A program made the translations under genes and the position numbers. A stretch of 64,000 nucleotides of DNA, from NCBI GenBank assembly GCA_037443035.1, contig JBBIPC010000013.1, positions 9,736 through 73,735 on the forward strand. Reading direction: 5' to 3'. The stretch comes from Chthonomonadales bacterium. Lineage in GTDB: Bacteria > Armatimonadota > Chthonomonadetes > Chthonomonadales > CAJBBX01. Under the pieces are notes generated by a model. The model was given only the letters and a program-made list of their open reading frames with translations, had not been told where the DNA came from and did no database searches. Positions 31,458-41,996 of this stretch are shown here, piece by piece; position 1 is the first letter of the stretch; each line of letters begins with the position of its first letter.

Positions 31458-31935
31458 CCGCCATGGCCTCCATCATCTCCCGATCCTGAGCATCGAGGAA
31501 GGGCCGCAGGTCCCACCATATCCGCCATGTCCGCTCGACGAAATCCGCCCGCAATCGCTCCGATGCTGCGTACAGCAGAACTCCATGGCTGGCTGCATTG
31601 CGGATCGCAGGCGTCGCGTCTTCGAGGAAGACGAGATCGACTTCATCTCCGGGGAATATCTGTCGAAGGTCCCTGTCCATGTCGAACCACCGGCGCATGC
31701 GATTCCTCGGACGGCGGCGTCTATGGAAGAGTATACCGACGTCCCAGTCGCTGAAAGCGTCCGCGTAGCCCTGGCACCGCGAACCAAAGAGGTAACACAG
31801 TGCAACGCCGTACTTCACGCACCAGGCACGGATCGCCTCCCTCTGCTCAGGCGAGAGTAGCACGTCCAGCGAGGGTGTGCTCCCCGCTGGTCCAGCAACC
31901 ACGCGATCGCTCTCGGCGGATGCACTTTCGTCCAT
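31438..31935 (-). CDS. MntA-like minimal nucleotidyltransferase antitoxin
   Basis: YLFGSRCQGYADAFSDWDVGI (GSX10DXD), EVDLVFL. Confidence 0.88.
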   Translation of the reverse strand: MDESASAESDRVVAGPAGSTPSLDVLLSPEQREAIRAWCVKYGVALCYLFGSRCQGYADAFSDWDVGILFHRRRRPRNRMRRWFDMDRDLRQIFPGDEVDLVFLEDATPAIRNAASHGVLLYAASERLRADFVERTWRIWWDLRPFLDAQDREMMEAMADEFRRR

Positions 31936-31942
31936 GAATCGC

Positions 31943-31971
31943 ATGCTACCATGCCAGGGCGCCTGGGTCAA
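31943..31971 (-). promoter_or_regulatory. sigma70-type promoter of MNT-HEPN pair (leaderless) with palindrome in spacer
   Basis: Minus strand TTGACC-17 bp-TAGCAT with TG extension, ATG 7 nt later; CCAGG-gcg-CCTGG at 31954-31966. Confidence 0.6.
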
Positions 31972-31977
31972 AGCAGA

Positions 31978-34767
31978 TCAGTCGCCATCAGAGCTCCCAA
32001 CCTTCTTCTCGGCCATGTTCCGGATCTCCGTAGCCGTCACGGCACGAGCCCAGAAAGCGAAGTCGTCTATGCAGCCTGCGAAGTGCTCACCGCCTGCGAA
32101 GAAAGGGTTGAACCCAAGCCCGATTTCGGCGGCCATGGTCCGTACGCGCTCGGGCACCGTGCATGACCCAACCTCCTTGCCGTCCACGTACAACCGCAGT
32201 ACAGGGCCGTCCTTGACGGCAGCGACATGGTACCAGCGCCCAGCCTGGAGCTTCACGCCTTGCGTCCGCCACGCTCCACCGGCTTCCATGCGCGCAGTGA
32301 GCTCTCCCCCTTCTAGCGTTACTCTCAACGGATCGTCCATGCCCCGACACCACGCCGAGACGATCTGACCCATGCCAGCCTGCTCTTGCGAGGGCTTTAC
32401 CCACGCCGTGAAGCTGTAGCTCGTTTCCGGGAAGTAGGGCAGCCGGTACCGCACGCCGCTTCCGGATCCGCGAAACTGGATGGCACCCTCAGGGCTGCCG
32501 TGGCGATCTGCTGCCGCCGAGACTCCTTGCGCGAAGGTAAGCATGCCAACCGTCGGTTCGGGGCTACCGTCTAGTCGCGATGCAGCCATGCATCCGTCAG
32601 CGCCGACAACTAGGAAACGGTCTGGTGCCTCCTTGTCCACCACGAAGGACCGCGGACCGTCTCGATTCTCGGTAGCACCGTAGGCGTTGCGCGCGACAAC
32701 CTTCCAGTAGAAGGCGCCCTGCTCCGCCAAGCCATCCACCACGGTCGTATGCGTCTCGCGGAGGTCATCCCGCCGTAGGATCGGTTGGGAGAACGCTGCG
32801 TCGCGCGCGATGACGAGGCTGTACGTGTCTGCAGCGCTGCCCGTGGATGACCAGCGGAAGAGGATGGGGCCGGGCTTGCCCCGAGCGTCGCTCTCCGGCA
32901 GCTCCAGTCGAACAGCCGCAGGCGCAGCATGAGATGCCGGTAGCCATGCGGCGTAGTCAGTGCCGCGCGCACCTGCCGACGCGAAGTCACAAAGGAGGAC
33001 CTCCGGTCCGCCATCCGTGGCGACACTCCAGAGCCCCATGGGTCGGAAGTCCCAACTCGGAGCATCCTTTGTTCGTTCAGGCCGGATGCGCCGGAGTATC
33101 ACCCGACGCACATCCAGGGGTTTGAGTTCTTTCGTCTCGATGGCATTCAGACCAGCGTCGAACGCCAAGAGAAGCGGCCCACGATGGATAGCAACCTGAC
33201 CGCCTCGGTCGGGTCCCTGGCCCATCGTCAGCCGCGGCGCGAAGTCGAAGGTGAGCTTCACCGTATCACCGCGAGACCACCGGCGTTTCAGAACGAGATA
33301 AGTGCCAGGCCGAACAGGCCGTCCAAGGGGCCTTCCGTTCACCGCCACGGATGTACGGGCCGACCACGCTGGGATCCGGAAGCGAAGGTCCACCTGCCTA
33401 CCATCCGCTTCGACAGCCACCGTTACCGTTGCGCCGACCGGATACTCCGTTTTCTGCACGATGCGAAGCTGGCCGTGGTCCTTCAGCGGTAGTTCGATGG
33501 CACACGGCCCGTAGAAGTTGACGCAGTACGCATCGCCGCTCTGCATGACTGCCCAGTCAGGCACCATACCAAGGGTTCGCGGAGAGTTGACCGAACAGCA
33601 GTTCAGCTCCGGAGATCCCGGCCGGTACTGAAAACTGATCTGCTGATACGACGGCGCCCGGACGCCGTTCAGTGGCGTGTCGTACGTGCACCAGCTCCCG
33701 GAGGGATGCTGTGCCGCGAGCGCTTGGTTCCAGAGCGTAAGCTCCAGTTCATCAGCCACAGTAGGATCGCCTGTGAGGCGGAGCACGTCCACGCTCAGCG
33801 CCATCCATGCCACACTGCAGCACGTCTCGATGGACCCGTTGGCGAAGATGGTTCCCGATGCCTGCTCATTGGTCGAGAACGCACCCGATGGGTGCCTGTC
33901 CAGGTCCCGGATACTGCGCCAATGGTTCAGGACCGCCTTCCGGTATTTCTCGTCGCCGGTTGCCTGCCATAGAGTGACGAAGCCCTCCAGAATGTGGAGC
34001 GCCTCCCAACGAGGTCCGCTTCCCGGCAACCGCCAGTAAGGGACGCCTTCCACCCCTTTCCGGAGCCAATCACCGTCCTTCGGCATGTCCTTCTCGATCC
34101 TTCGGATGAGGGCAAGATACTCTGGCTTGCCGCTGCGCCTGTATAGCTCCGCCATGATATGGAGGACGGACATGTTGAAGCATGGATTGCCGGCCTCGAT
34201 GGGTCTCCGGCCGCCTTCACCGTACACCTGGCAGATGAGCGTCGCGGCCTTCTCCACGCACTGCAGGGCGTCACGATCCCCCGTAGCATCGGCCCACAGG
34301 AGTAACCCCAGCATACAGTGGTAGTGCCCCCACAGATCGCAGTCTCCCTTGAGCCGACGGTCCCGTGGCCATGGACCGAGGTAACCGTCGGCGTCCTGGG
34401 TGCCGATGAGGTCGCTCACGAACCTGGCCACGTGCGTGTGCAGGTCCGAGTCAGCGCTCAGCCGACAGGACTGCACGGCGGAGATCAGGTACTTCCCGGC
34501 GAACTCACCTGCCCACGGCGTGTGCTCTGCGTACGGCCAGTAGCGGTCCCTGCGGCGGAACATATCGAGAATGCCAGGATTCGCTGCCGGCGCTCGGAGG
34601 ATCCAGTTGCGAATGTTCCGTTCCATGCGAAGCCCCAACTCCCCGCGAAACTGCCACCGACCTTCTGGGAGCGTCGAGCACACCATATGCCCCTTGTCGC
34701 CAGGTGCAGCGGAGGCGGCAACAGCGAGCAACATAGCCAACATCGTGACGACCGCGACAGCTATCAT
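31978..34767 (-). CDS. GH127-like beta-L-arabinofuranosidase with C-terminal LamG domain
   Basis: WAGEFAGKY, QDADGYLG, ETCCSVAW, LNCCSVN, LRFRIPAWS, RGPLLLA; LamG WYHVAAV...LYVDG; alternative start 34824. Confidence 0.87.
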   Translation of the reverse strand: MIAVAVVTMLAMLLAVAASAAPGDKGHMVCSTLPEGRWQFRGELGLRMERNIRNWILRAPAANPGILDMFRRRDRYWPYAEHTPWAGEFAGKYLISAVQSCRLSADSDLHTHVARFVSDLIGTQDADGYLGPWPRDRRLKGDCDLWGHYHCMLGLLLWADATGDRDALQCVEKAATLICQVYGEGGRRPIEAGNPCFNMSVLHIMAELYRRSGKPEYLALIRRIEKDMPKDGDWLRKGVEGVPYWRLPGSGPRWEALHILEGFVTLWQATGDEKYRKAVLNHWRSIRDLDRHPSGAFSTNEQASGTIFANGSIETCCSVAWMALSVDVLRLTGDPTVADELELTLWNQALAAQHPSGSWCTYDTPLNGVRAPSYQQISFQYRPGSPELNCCSVNSPRTLGMVPDWAVMQSGDAYCVNFYGPCAIELPLKDHGQLRIVQKTEYPVGATVTVAVEADGRQVDLRFRIPAWSARTSVAVNGRPLGRPVRPGTYLVLKRRWSRGDTVKLTFDFAPRLTMGQGPDRGGQVAIHRGPLLLAFDAGLNAIETKELKPLDVRRVILRRIRPERTKDAPSWDFRPMGLWSVATDGGPEVLLCDFASAGARGTDYAAWLPASHAAPAAVRLELPESDARGKPGPILFRWSSTGSAADTYSLVIARDAAFSQPILRRDDLRETHTTVVDGLAEQGAFYWKVVARNAYGATENRDGPRSFVVDKEAPDRFLVVGADGCMAASRLDGSPEPTVGMLTFAQGVSAAADRHGSPEGAIQFRGSGSGVRYRLPYFPETSYSFTAWVKPSQEQAGMGQIVSAWCRGMDDPLRVTLEGGELTARMEAGGAWRTQGVKLQAGRWYHVAAVKDGPVLRLYVDGKEVGSCTVPERVRTMAAEIGLGFNPFFAGGEHFAGCIDDFAFWARAVTATEIRNMAEKKVGSSDGD

Positions 34768-34955
34768 GGACCGACCTCCTGGAGGTGAAGCGAACCGCAG
34801 CATGCGCCGTTCTTCCACAACCATGGTGTACCTCCCTGCATACTCAGGGTTCCGCGGACGTGCCTCACGGTCTATAATGGAGAGGACCGGCGACGCGACC
34901 AGCACGCCGCCGGCGCCCGTTACCTCCTACCATCGCTCACAGGAACGAAACCACA

Positions 34956-35828
34956 GTGACACTCAGATTCGGATTGCCCAAGGGAAGCCTCCAGGAGGCC
35001 ACCTTCGCGTACTTCCGCAAAGCGGGGTTCGACTTCCGGCTCTCGTCCGGCAGGTCCTACCATCCCTCCGTTGATGACCCCGAGATCGAGCCGCTGCTGA
35101 TTCGGCCGCAGGAGATCCCGCGGTACGTGGAGCTGGGCATTCTCGACGCTGGTTTGACCGGTCGCGACTGGATCGAAGATAACGGATCCGACGTCGTGGA
35201 AGTCGCCGAGCTCGCCTACTCCAAGGCTACCATGAACCCCATCCGTGTCGTGCTCGCAGTTGCCAGGGGTGGCGCGGTCAGAAGCCTGGCCGACCTGGAG
35301 GGCAAGCGGATCGCCACGGAGTATGTGCGGCTCACGCAACGCTATCTCGTCCAGCACGGCATCCACGCCGAGGTGGAGTTTTCCTGGGGCGCATGCGAAG
35401 TGAAAGTGCCCGAGCTGGTGGACGCCATTGTCGTCAATACGGAGACCGGTAGCTCTCTGCGGGCTCACGACTTGGAGGTGCTGGACACGCTCCTGGTCTC
35501 CACCACACGCCTCATAGCCAATCATACTTCCTACGGCGACCCGGAAAAGCGGCGGAAGATTGACGATATGGCCATGCTCCTCCAGGGCGCCCTCGAGGCC
35601 GAGCAGATGGTGGGGCTGAAGATGAACGTGCCGCGCACGCTCGTACCGAAAATCACCGCACTGCTGCCTGCGATGCGCCGGCCCACTGTTTCGCCCTTAC
35701 TCGACGATGATTGGGTGGCACTGGAGATCGTCGTGGAGGAGAAAACGGTGCGAGACCTGCTTCCGGCGCTCAAGCGGGCAGGAGCCGAGGGCTTGGTGGA
35801 GTACAGGCTCAACAAGGTTGTGCCATGA
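34956..35828 (+). CDS. hisG: ATP phosphoribosyltransferase (long form)
   Basis: GLPKGSLQ, RPQEIPRYV, DAGLTGRDW, RIATEY, SWGACE, C-terminal regulatory domain. Confidence 0.96.
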   Translation: MTLRFGLPKGSLQEATFAYFRKAGFDFRLSSGRSYHPSVDDPEIEPLLIRPQEIPRYVELGILDAGLTGRDWIEDNGSDVVEVAELAYSKATMNPIRVVLAVARGGAVRSLADLEGKRIATEYVRLTQRYLVQHGIHAEVEFSWGACEVKVPELVDAIVVNTETGSSLRAHDLEVLDTLLVSTTRLIANHTSYGDPEKRRKIDDMAMLLQGALEAEQMVGLKMNVPRTLVPKITALLPAMRRPTVSPLLDDDWVALEIVVEEKTVRDLLPALKRAGAEGLVEYRLNKVVP

Positions 35829-36448
35829 TCGCCCTTCTCACCGGCACCGTGGCCCGGACGGAGGCCAATAGCGTCATTCTTGACGTCAACGGCGTCGGCT
35901 ACCGGGCCTTCGTGCCTCTCAGCGTATTGTCAGGCTTACCCACCGACGGCAGCAAGGTGACCCTGCACACCAGCATGGTTGTGCGGGACGACGATATTAC
36001 CCTCTACGGCTTTCGCACCGAGCAGGAGCTGCACGTTTTCCAGGCACTCACCAGCGTGACGGGTGTGGGGCCCAAAGTTGCCCTCTCACTGCTCAGTGTT
36101 CTGGAGTGTGGTGAGCTGGTAAGGGCCGTTGCAGGCAGCGATGTGAAGGCGCTGACCCGTGTACCAGGCGTGGGAGCCAAGCTGGCCCAGCGCATCGTCC
36201 TCGAGCTGGGTGATCAGATGGCCAGGTTCTCCTTCGAGGAACGCATCAGAGACGTCGAGAACATACCCACGGGCGCTGCCGGGGGCTTATTCGAGGACAT
36301 CGTGGACGCTCTTGTGAACCTGCAGTACAACCGGGCTGACGCACGACGGGCCGCAGAGCAGGTCGTAGCCGCATCGGGTGGCTCCGCGGACGTGCCTTCG
36401 CTCATCCGAGATGCCCTGAACATCCTTTCTGGCGCTGGAAAGCGGTAG
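35825..36448 (+). CDS. ruvA: Holliday junction branch migration protein RuvA
   Basis: MIALLTG, DVNGVGY, LYGF, VTGVGPKVAL, VPGVGAKLAQRIVLEL; ATGA overlap with hisG. Confidence 0.96.
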   Translation: MIALLTGTVARTEANSVILDVNGVGYRAFVPLSVLSGLPTDGSKVTLHTSMVVRDDDITLYGFRTEQELHVFQALTSVTGVGPKVALSLLSVLECGELVRAVAGSDVKALTRVPGVGAKLAQRIVLELGDQMARFSFEERIRDVENIPTGAAGGLFEDIVDALVNLQYNRADARRAAEQVVAASGGSADVPSLIRDALNILSGAGKR

Positions 36449-36456
36449 CAGCAGCA

Positions 36457-37539
36457 CTACCAAGCCTGCTGGGCGAACCACTCCAGATAGTCAGCCAGCG
36501 CCTGAGCTGCTTCCCGCGGAAGAGCATTGTAGCACGAAGCGCGAAACCCCCCGACCGAGCGGTGCCCTTTGAGGCCGACCATACCCCTCTCCTCGGCCCC
36601 ACGCAAGAACTCCGACTCCCGCGAATGGTCGCGCAGGCGGAAGGTGATGTTCATTTGGGAGCGATGGGACCTGTTGCTGACGGTGGGTTCGTACACCTCA
36701 GGGTAAGCGTCCAGTGCTGCGTAGACGAGGCCGGCTTTCTCGGCGTTGCGACGCTCTATCTCCTCCAGACCGCCCAGGTCCTCCAGCCACTTGCATACGA
36801 GGCCGACAACGTAGACACCGAAAACCGGCGGAGTGTTGTAGAGCGAGTCCTCTCGTGCCTGCACTTTGTAGGACAGCATGGGAGGCAAGTCGTCCGCGGC
36901 CAAGTCTACGAAGCTTCTTCGTATCACCACGACGGTCACACCGGCTGGTCCTGCGTTCTTCTGAGCTCCGGCGTAGATCAGGCTGAAGCGCCCATGGTCC
37001 AGCCGACGCGACAGGAAGTCGGAAGACATGTCGGCAACGAGAGGTATTTCTCCTGTATCAGGAATCGCGGGCCACTGCGTTCCTTCGATGGTGTTATTGG
37101 TGGTGATATGGACGTAGCACGCTTCGGGCGTAACATCACCCATCGGCGGCAGGCAGGTGTAGGCACTTTCGGAGGATGAGGATATCACGTTGACCTGGCC
37201 CACCCGCTGCGCCTCCCGGATAGCCTTCAGAGCCCAGGACCCTGTGTCTACATAGTCAGCCGTTTTCCCAGCCCTCAGGTAGTTCCACGGCACCATGGTG
37301 AACTGCAGGCTGGCCCCGCCCCCAAGAAACAGGACGGTGTAGTCCTCACCAAGATCCAGGAGCCGGAGGAGGCCTGCCTTCGCTTCCTCATGGACCCGTC
37401 GGTAGTGGCTCGCGCGGTGGCTCACCTCCAGAATGGACATACCGGATCCATCGAGTTCGAGCACGCCTGCTGCCGCCTGACGCAGCACCGGTTCCGGAAG
37501 GATGGCAGGCCCCGGGTTGAAATTGTAGGCCCGCCCCAT
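36457..37539 (-). CDS. serC: Phosphoserine aminotransferase
   Basis: YNFNPGPA, EVSHR, NNTIEGTQ, DMSSD, AGAQKNAGPAG, GHRSVGGFRAS. Confidence 0.97.
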   Translation of the reverse strand: MGRAYNFNPGPAILPEPVLRQAAAGVLELDGSGMSILEVSHRASHYRRVHEEAKAGLLRLLDLGEDYTVLFLGGGASLQFTMVPWNYLRAGKTADYVDTGSWALKAIREAQRVGQVNVISSSSESAYTCLPPMGDVTPEACYVHITTNNTIEGTQWPAIPDTGEIPLVADMSSDFLSRRLDHGRFSLIYAGAQKNAGPAGVTVVVIRRSFVDLAADDLPPMLSYKVQAREDSLYNTPPVFGVYVVGLVCKWLEDLGGLEEIERRNAEKAGLVYAALDAYPEVYEPTVSNRSHRSQMNITFRLRDHSRESEFLRGAEERGMVGLKGHRSVGGFRASCYNALPREAAQALADYLEWFAQQAW

Positions 37540-40220
37540 CAGCGCCTCCTCGGCCCGAGCTGGATATCGTCCAGATAGAAGATCCCCGGACCGTCGGCAT
37601 CGGCCACGAAACCGTACCAATAGAGCGACCTGAATTCGGGATTGCACGGGAGTCCCGTGAACCGAAGCGGCGCCGTGCGCCCGGGCAGGCGGATCACCAG
37701 ATCCCATTTGCCATCTGCGCTGTTCCCCAGCTTGCAGGCGATCTCCACCTGGAACCAGACCCCGTAGGGAACGCTCAAGAGCTTCTTGCCCGCGGCCAAC
37801 AGCGAACCGTCTGCAGACACCCGGAGCGAGGGACCGACGCGATAGGGACTGGCGTTGTCGCGCCATTCGTGATAGAAGACCGTGCCTGGTTCCAGGCGAA
37901 TGCTGAAACGGCCGAGAAGTTGGCCAGACGTGAATCCGGGTGTATAGAAGAAGTGCGGATTGTAGTTGGCTGCGAGTCCGGCTGCATCCACGACTTCGAG
38001 GGAATGCCTACCGCTGGCGGCAGTCTTGTCGGTAACCCGGATCTGCGCCGGCGCCTTCTCCTCGAACACCATGGCTCCAGCCGGTTTCGATCCCACCGGG
38101 TGATCCTCGAAATCCTGAGAAATGGCCTGGGGACGCACCTCGGCCGCCGTCGGTGGGTACGCGCGGGGAAGTACCACGGCCTCGCTCTTGCTCAATCCGA
38201 TGCCGATCCTGCCCGCTTTGGTGTAGTCGAAAGGCACGAACCCAATCTTATGAGCGGGCGAACCATCCTTCAGTCGGAAATCCAGCTTTGCGGGGTTCAC
38301 GAACAGTGGGTCGGCCACGATCGAGTCCACGTCTTGCCCCTTGGCGCGCCACGCGTCCAGGTTCATGCCGGCGAACGTGAACGGTTCGCCATCCGCCCTC
38401 CAGTAGAGGTTATGGTCGAGTCTGAAGTTATCCCCCGACCAGTTGGAGGCCAGCAGCTCTCCCGTGGTCCAGTAGACGATGTTGCGCTCGAAGGTGAACG
38501 AGAGATGCTCTTCCGCACGCGTACGCATCAACTGGCTCTCACGGTTCAGGGCGAAAATGTTGTTGCGGACGATGTTGTCGCGGCCGTAGTGCTGATGGAA
38601 TCCGGCGCTCTTGCATCTGTAGACGAGGTTATTCTCCGCGAGCATGCCGGTGGTGCCTTCGTCGAAGTAGATCCCCCAGCCGCCGTAAGTAGCGCTTTCT
38701 ACATCGTGAAACACGTTGAATCGCTGCACGGAACCAGGCGCCAGACCCAGGGTGTAGGTCGCGCCCATGTCGCTCAGGACGCCCTGCCCAATATCGTGGA
38801 CGTGGTTGTACTCCAGCGTGTTATGATGCGAGTCGGTCGGTGCATAACCCCAAGACCAACCTACCGAGATACCCGTGTAGTAGAGATCGCAGATTTCATT
38901 CTGCGCGACGGTGTTGTAAGGAGACGCACCGATCCACACCCCGATCCCTGCCGGATGCAATCGTCCTCCGTGAGCGATGAGGCAGTTCCTTACCGCATTC
39001 CACCCCGGGAGCAGATCCTGGTCTGGATGGCCGCTCGTCTCCCCCAGCTTCACGCCACCAGCCCCCATGTCAATGATGGTGCAGTTCTCCACGACATCGT
39101 GTTGACAGCCGCGGCCTAGATCGATGCCGTAGCCACCGACGTGCTTCAGTGTGCAACCTTCCAGCCTACAATGCTTCGCGCCAGTCCCGCGAATCGCCCC
39201 ACCGATGGGCCACTCCGCCTGGGCAGCTTGATAGCCCTCCGGCGGTGTGACCCAGTTCGTGTGGGCGAACGTGAGCCCGCGGATCTCGACGTACTGCACC
39301 CACTTCTTCGCTTGGACATCACCTCGAAACTCGAGCAAGTACTCGAGACGCGGTGCCCAGACCTCGGCCTTCGTAGGCTGCTCACCAGCCTTGGGCAGAT
39401 AGGTCAAGACCCCGGACTTGCGGTCCAAATACCATTGGCCCGGCTCTGTGAGTGCCTCCTCGACGTTTTCTACAATATAACGCTGCCCGGCCTGGAAGGC
39501 GAAGTACCATTGGTCGCTCAAGGTTGGCGCAACGAACCGCACAGTCTTCTGCTCCGCCTCCACCTCGGCGATCCGCATGCGCGCCATGGTCCAGCTCTGG
39601 AAGCACAGCACGTGGACGTCGTCGAGGTTGTGCCAGTCCGGTCGGATGTCTTGGCCGGCGAACCGAAAACGGTCGAAGCCCTTGCCCTGAGCCGCAGGAG
39701 AGGGCGGCACGGCAGCTTCGATGAAGTAGTAGCCGTTCTTCGGCAGCCGCGGTCGGTATCGGCGCTGACCATTGACGAAGAGCTGCTCGAAGTACCACTT
39801 CCCATCCCGGACATCGGGCAACGTGAGCATCCACTTCCCACTCTGGACCTTCCAGCCAGAGAGTTTCACGCCGCCGCTGAATACGGGCTTCTCCCCTGGG
39901 TAGGCGGCTATGACCGTCGGGTTGCCCTCGGTACCGCTCATGGATGGGTCCACCACGATCGGCCGTTCCAGCACGTATGTGCCTTTCCGAATCAAGATGG
40001 TGATGCTTCTCTGGCCACCGACCTGACTCCGCAGGGCTGCCGCAGCGTCCACAGCCCTTTGCAGCGTGCGAAACGGTCCATCCGTACGATCTCGTTTCGG
40101 CGTCGAGAGTCTGCCCGACCAGGCGTCGTTGCCGCTGGGAGATACATAGAAGTCCGCCGTAGGTTGCTGTGTTGGGAGTGAGTTCATGAGTAGCATGGTC
40201 AGGATCGCCGTGTGTAACAA
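37539..40220 (-). CDS. Secreted right-handed parallel beta-helix protein (pectin lyase-like carbohydrate-active enzyme)
   Basis: FYVSPSGNDAWSG, DGPFRTL, YTGISVGWSWGY, LSDMGATYTLG, GWGIYFDEG. Confidence 0.88.
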   Translation of the reverse strand: MLHTAILTMLLMNSLPTQQPTADFYVSPSGNDAWSGRLSTPKRDRTDGPFRTLQRAVDAAAALRSQVGGQRSITILIRKGTYVLERPIVVDPSMSGTEGNPTVIAAYPGEKPVFSGGVKLSGWKVQSGKWMLTLPDVRDGKWYFEQLFVNGQRRYRPRLPKNGYYFIEAAVPPSPAAQGKGFDRFRFAGQDIRPDWHNLDDVHVLCFQSWTMARMRIAEVEAEQKTVRFVAPTLSDQWYFAFQAGQRYIVENVEEALTEPGQWYLDRKSGVLTYLPKAGEQPTKAEVWAPRLEYLLEFRGDVQAKKWVQYVEIRGLTFAHTNWVTPPEGYQAAQAEWPIGGAIRGTGAKHCRLEGCTLKHVGGYGIDLGRGCQHDVVENCTIIDMGAGGVKLGETSGHPDQDLLPGWNAVRNCLIAHGGRLHPAGIGVWIGASPYNTVAQNEICDLYYTGISVGWSWGYAPTDSHHNTLEYNHVHDIGQGVLSDMGATYTLGLAPGSVQRFNVFHDVESATYGGWGIYFDEGTTGMLAENNLVYRCKSAGFHQHYGRDNIVRNNIFALNRESQLMRTRAEEHLSFTFERNIVYWTTGELLASNWSGDNFRLDHNLYWRADGEPFTFAGMNLDAWRAKGQDVDSIVADPLFVNPAKLDFRLKDGSPAHKIGFVPFDYTKAGRIGIGLSKSEAVVLPRAYPPTAAEVRPQAISQDFEDHPVGSKPAGAMVFEEKAPAQIRVTDKTAASGRHSLEVVDAAGLAANYNPHFFYTPGFTSGQLLGRFSIRLEPGTVFYHEWRDNASPYRVGPSLRVSADGSLLAAGKKLLSVPYGVWFQVEIACKLGNSADGKWDLVIRLPGRTAPLRFTGLPCNPEFRSLYWYGFVADADGPGIFYLDDIQLGPRRR

Positions 40221-40294
40221 AGGCTGTCCTCCTCTTTGCAGTTCCGAACGATGTTACCTGAAGTACCCGCGCCTCTGGGGAGATGCCTGGGACG

Positions 40295-41101
40295 CTACTT
40301 GTGAGCTACGTTCAGATGATGCTCGCGGTCGCCTACCATGACTTTGACGGTCCGGACCGACTGGAACCCGGCGTTCGTACACGCCGTCACGAAGTCCTCC
40401 CAGGTCCACTCCATAGTACTTCGGATGGCGGCGGTCTCCAGGCGCACGGCATGGTTCTCGTGGATGACGAAAAGAAAGTTCTCGATGATAGCCAGCTCTT
40501 CACGATCGCGGGCTACGACGAGCGTCATGTGAATACCGCCATGCCCGTAGTTGGCACGTATCTGGAACCGTGGCGCGGCCGTCCAGGCATGGTTGGCACG
40601 TTGGACGCGGTCTTCAGGACGCGACCACTGATCGATTCCCGTGAAGACCACTATCCCTCCCGGCTTCAGCACCTCTGCGAAGTGGCGGAAAGAGAACCGA
40701 AGCTCGTTGATGCTGGTGATCCACGCAGTAGCATCGGTGACGACAGCATCGAAGGTACCAGGAAATCGGTCGCTGAGATCGTCCCATGGGCAGACCTCGA
40801 GCCGAATGGGCGCGTTGCCGAACTCGGCCAGCTCCTTCGCATGCTTGATCGCTACAGGGCTGATATCGGTGGCGGTGACGTCGAAGCCGGCTTCTTGGAG
40901 CAGGATGGCGCGCAGTCCCAGGCCGCAGTTGCAGTCGAGAACGCTGCGGACGTTGTACTGACGTAGGAGCTCGCGCAAGATGGGCACGCGACGTGCCGGG
41001 CGCCCCTCCGGGTGTTCGGGGTCGCGGTAGTGCGGCTGCCACAATGCCCGACGGAACCAGTGCCACTTCCAGATGACGTCCCAGTCCTCACTCGAGTTCA
41101 T
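40295..41101 (-). CDS. Class I SAM-dependent methyltransferase
   Basis: VLDCNCGLG, VTATDIS, FDAV, LKPGG. Confidence 0.88.
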   Translation of the reverse strand: MNSSEDWDVIWKWHWFRRALWQPHYRDPEHPEGRPARRVPILRELLRQYNVRSVLDCNCGLGLRAILLQEAGFDVTATDISPVAIKHAKELAEFGNAPIRLEVCPWDDLSDRFPGTFDAVVTDATAWITSINELRFSFRHFAEVLKPGGIVVFTGIDQWSRPEDRVQRANHAWTAAPRFQIRANYGHGGIHMTLVVARDREELAIIENFLFVIHENHAVRLETAAIRSTMEWTWEDFVTACTNAGFQSVRTVKVMVGDREHHLNVAHK

Positions 41102-41210
41102 GGTAGGCCCCTTTCCACGAGTCTACACCATCTTCGATGCAGACCACATGAATCCTCCCTTAGCATCGCGCCGAGGGGCCCGAGCAGGTATCCTGGAGGG
41201 GCTATCGCAC

Positions 41211-41981
41211 ATGGAGTTCTCGGCCTCCCAATGGGTGCTCGGCGGAATCGCCGCACTCTTCATCGGTTTCTCCAAGACGGGCATGCCAGGAGCTGGCATT
41301 CTCGTCGTCCCATTGTTGGCAGCGGCGTTCGGCGGCCGTCAGAGTGTCGGCACCATGCTTCCCATGCTCCTGATGGCGGACATCTTCGCGGTATGGTGGT
41401 ACCGGCGTAGTGCTCAGTGGGACCGCCTCCTTCTTCTGGCACCCTGGGTCGCCGTGGGAATGGTCCTGGGCGCCGTCGTTCTCAAGCTCACGGGTGACGC
41501 TGGTCCCGGGAAAGACCGGATGGACCAGCTTATCGGCGCCCTCGTGCTCCTCATGCTGGCGCTGCATGTAGTGCGGCTTCGTATGGGAGACCGGCTGACG
41601 CCTCACTCCAAGGGCGCAGTGGCTGCGGTTGGCACCAGCGCCGGATTCACTACGACGGCATCGAACGCCGCTGGCCCGATCATGACCATCTATCTTCAGG
41701 CAATGGGCATGCCCAAGGCACAGTTCATGGGCACCACGGCATGGTTCTTCTTCCTCGTGAACGCAGCCAAGCTGCCGGTCTTCCTCGCTCTAAGTATCGC
41801 CAATCCAGCCAATCCCATCATGAATGGCCGAACGCTGACTGCCGACCTCTTGCTGAGCCCGTTCATCGTCCTCGGCGCAGTATCCGGCAAATGGCTTCTG
41901 CACCGGATTCCGCAGAAGCTGTTCGATACGCTCGTCCTCGTCCTCTCGGCCGTGGCAGCCGTCCGGCTAGTCCTCCGCTGA
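41211..41981 (+). CDS. Sulfite exporter TauE/SafE family membrane protein
   Basis: GFSKTGMPGAG, NAAGPIMTIYL, FMGTTAWFFFLVNAAKLP. Confidence 0.9.
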   Translation: MEFSASQWVLGGIAALFIGFSKTGMPGAGILVVPLLAAAFGGRQSVGTMLPMLLMADIFAVWWYRRSAQWDRLLLLAPWVAVGMVLGAVVLKLTGDAGPGKDRMDQLIGALVLLMLALHVVRLRMGDRLTPHSKGAVAAVGTSAGFTTTASNAAGPIMTIYLQAMGMPKAQFMGTTAWFFFLVNAAKLPVFLALSIANPANPIMNGRTLTADLLLSPFIVLGAVSGKWLLHRIPQKLFDTLVLVLSAVAAVRLVLR

Positions 41982-41996
41982 GGGTCCACCCGTCGG

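Noticed and set aside
30999..31971. MNT-HEPN pair as part of a defence island or mobile element
   Set aside because: No integrase, transposase, flanking repeats or other defence genes nearby
37869..40181. 416-aa and 346-aa plus-strand ORFs
   Set aside because: Antisense shadows of the beta-helix gene
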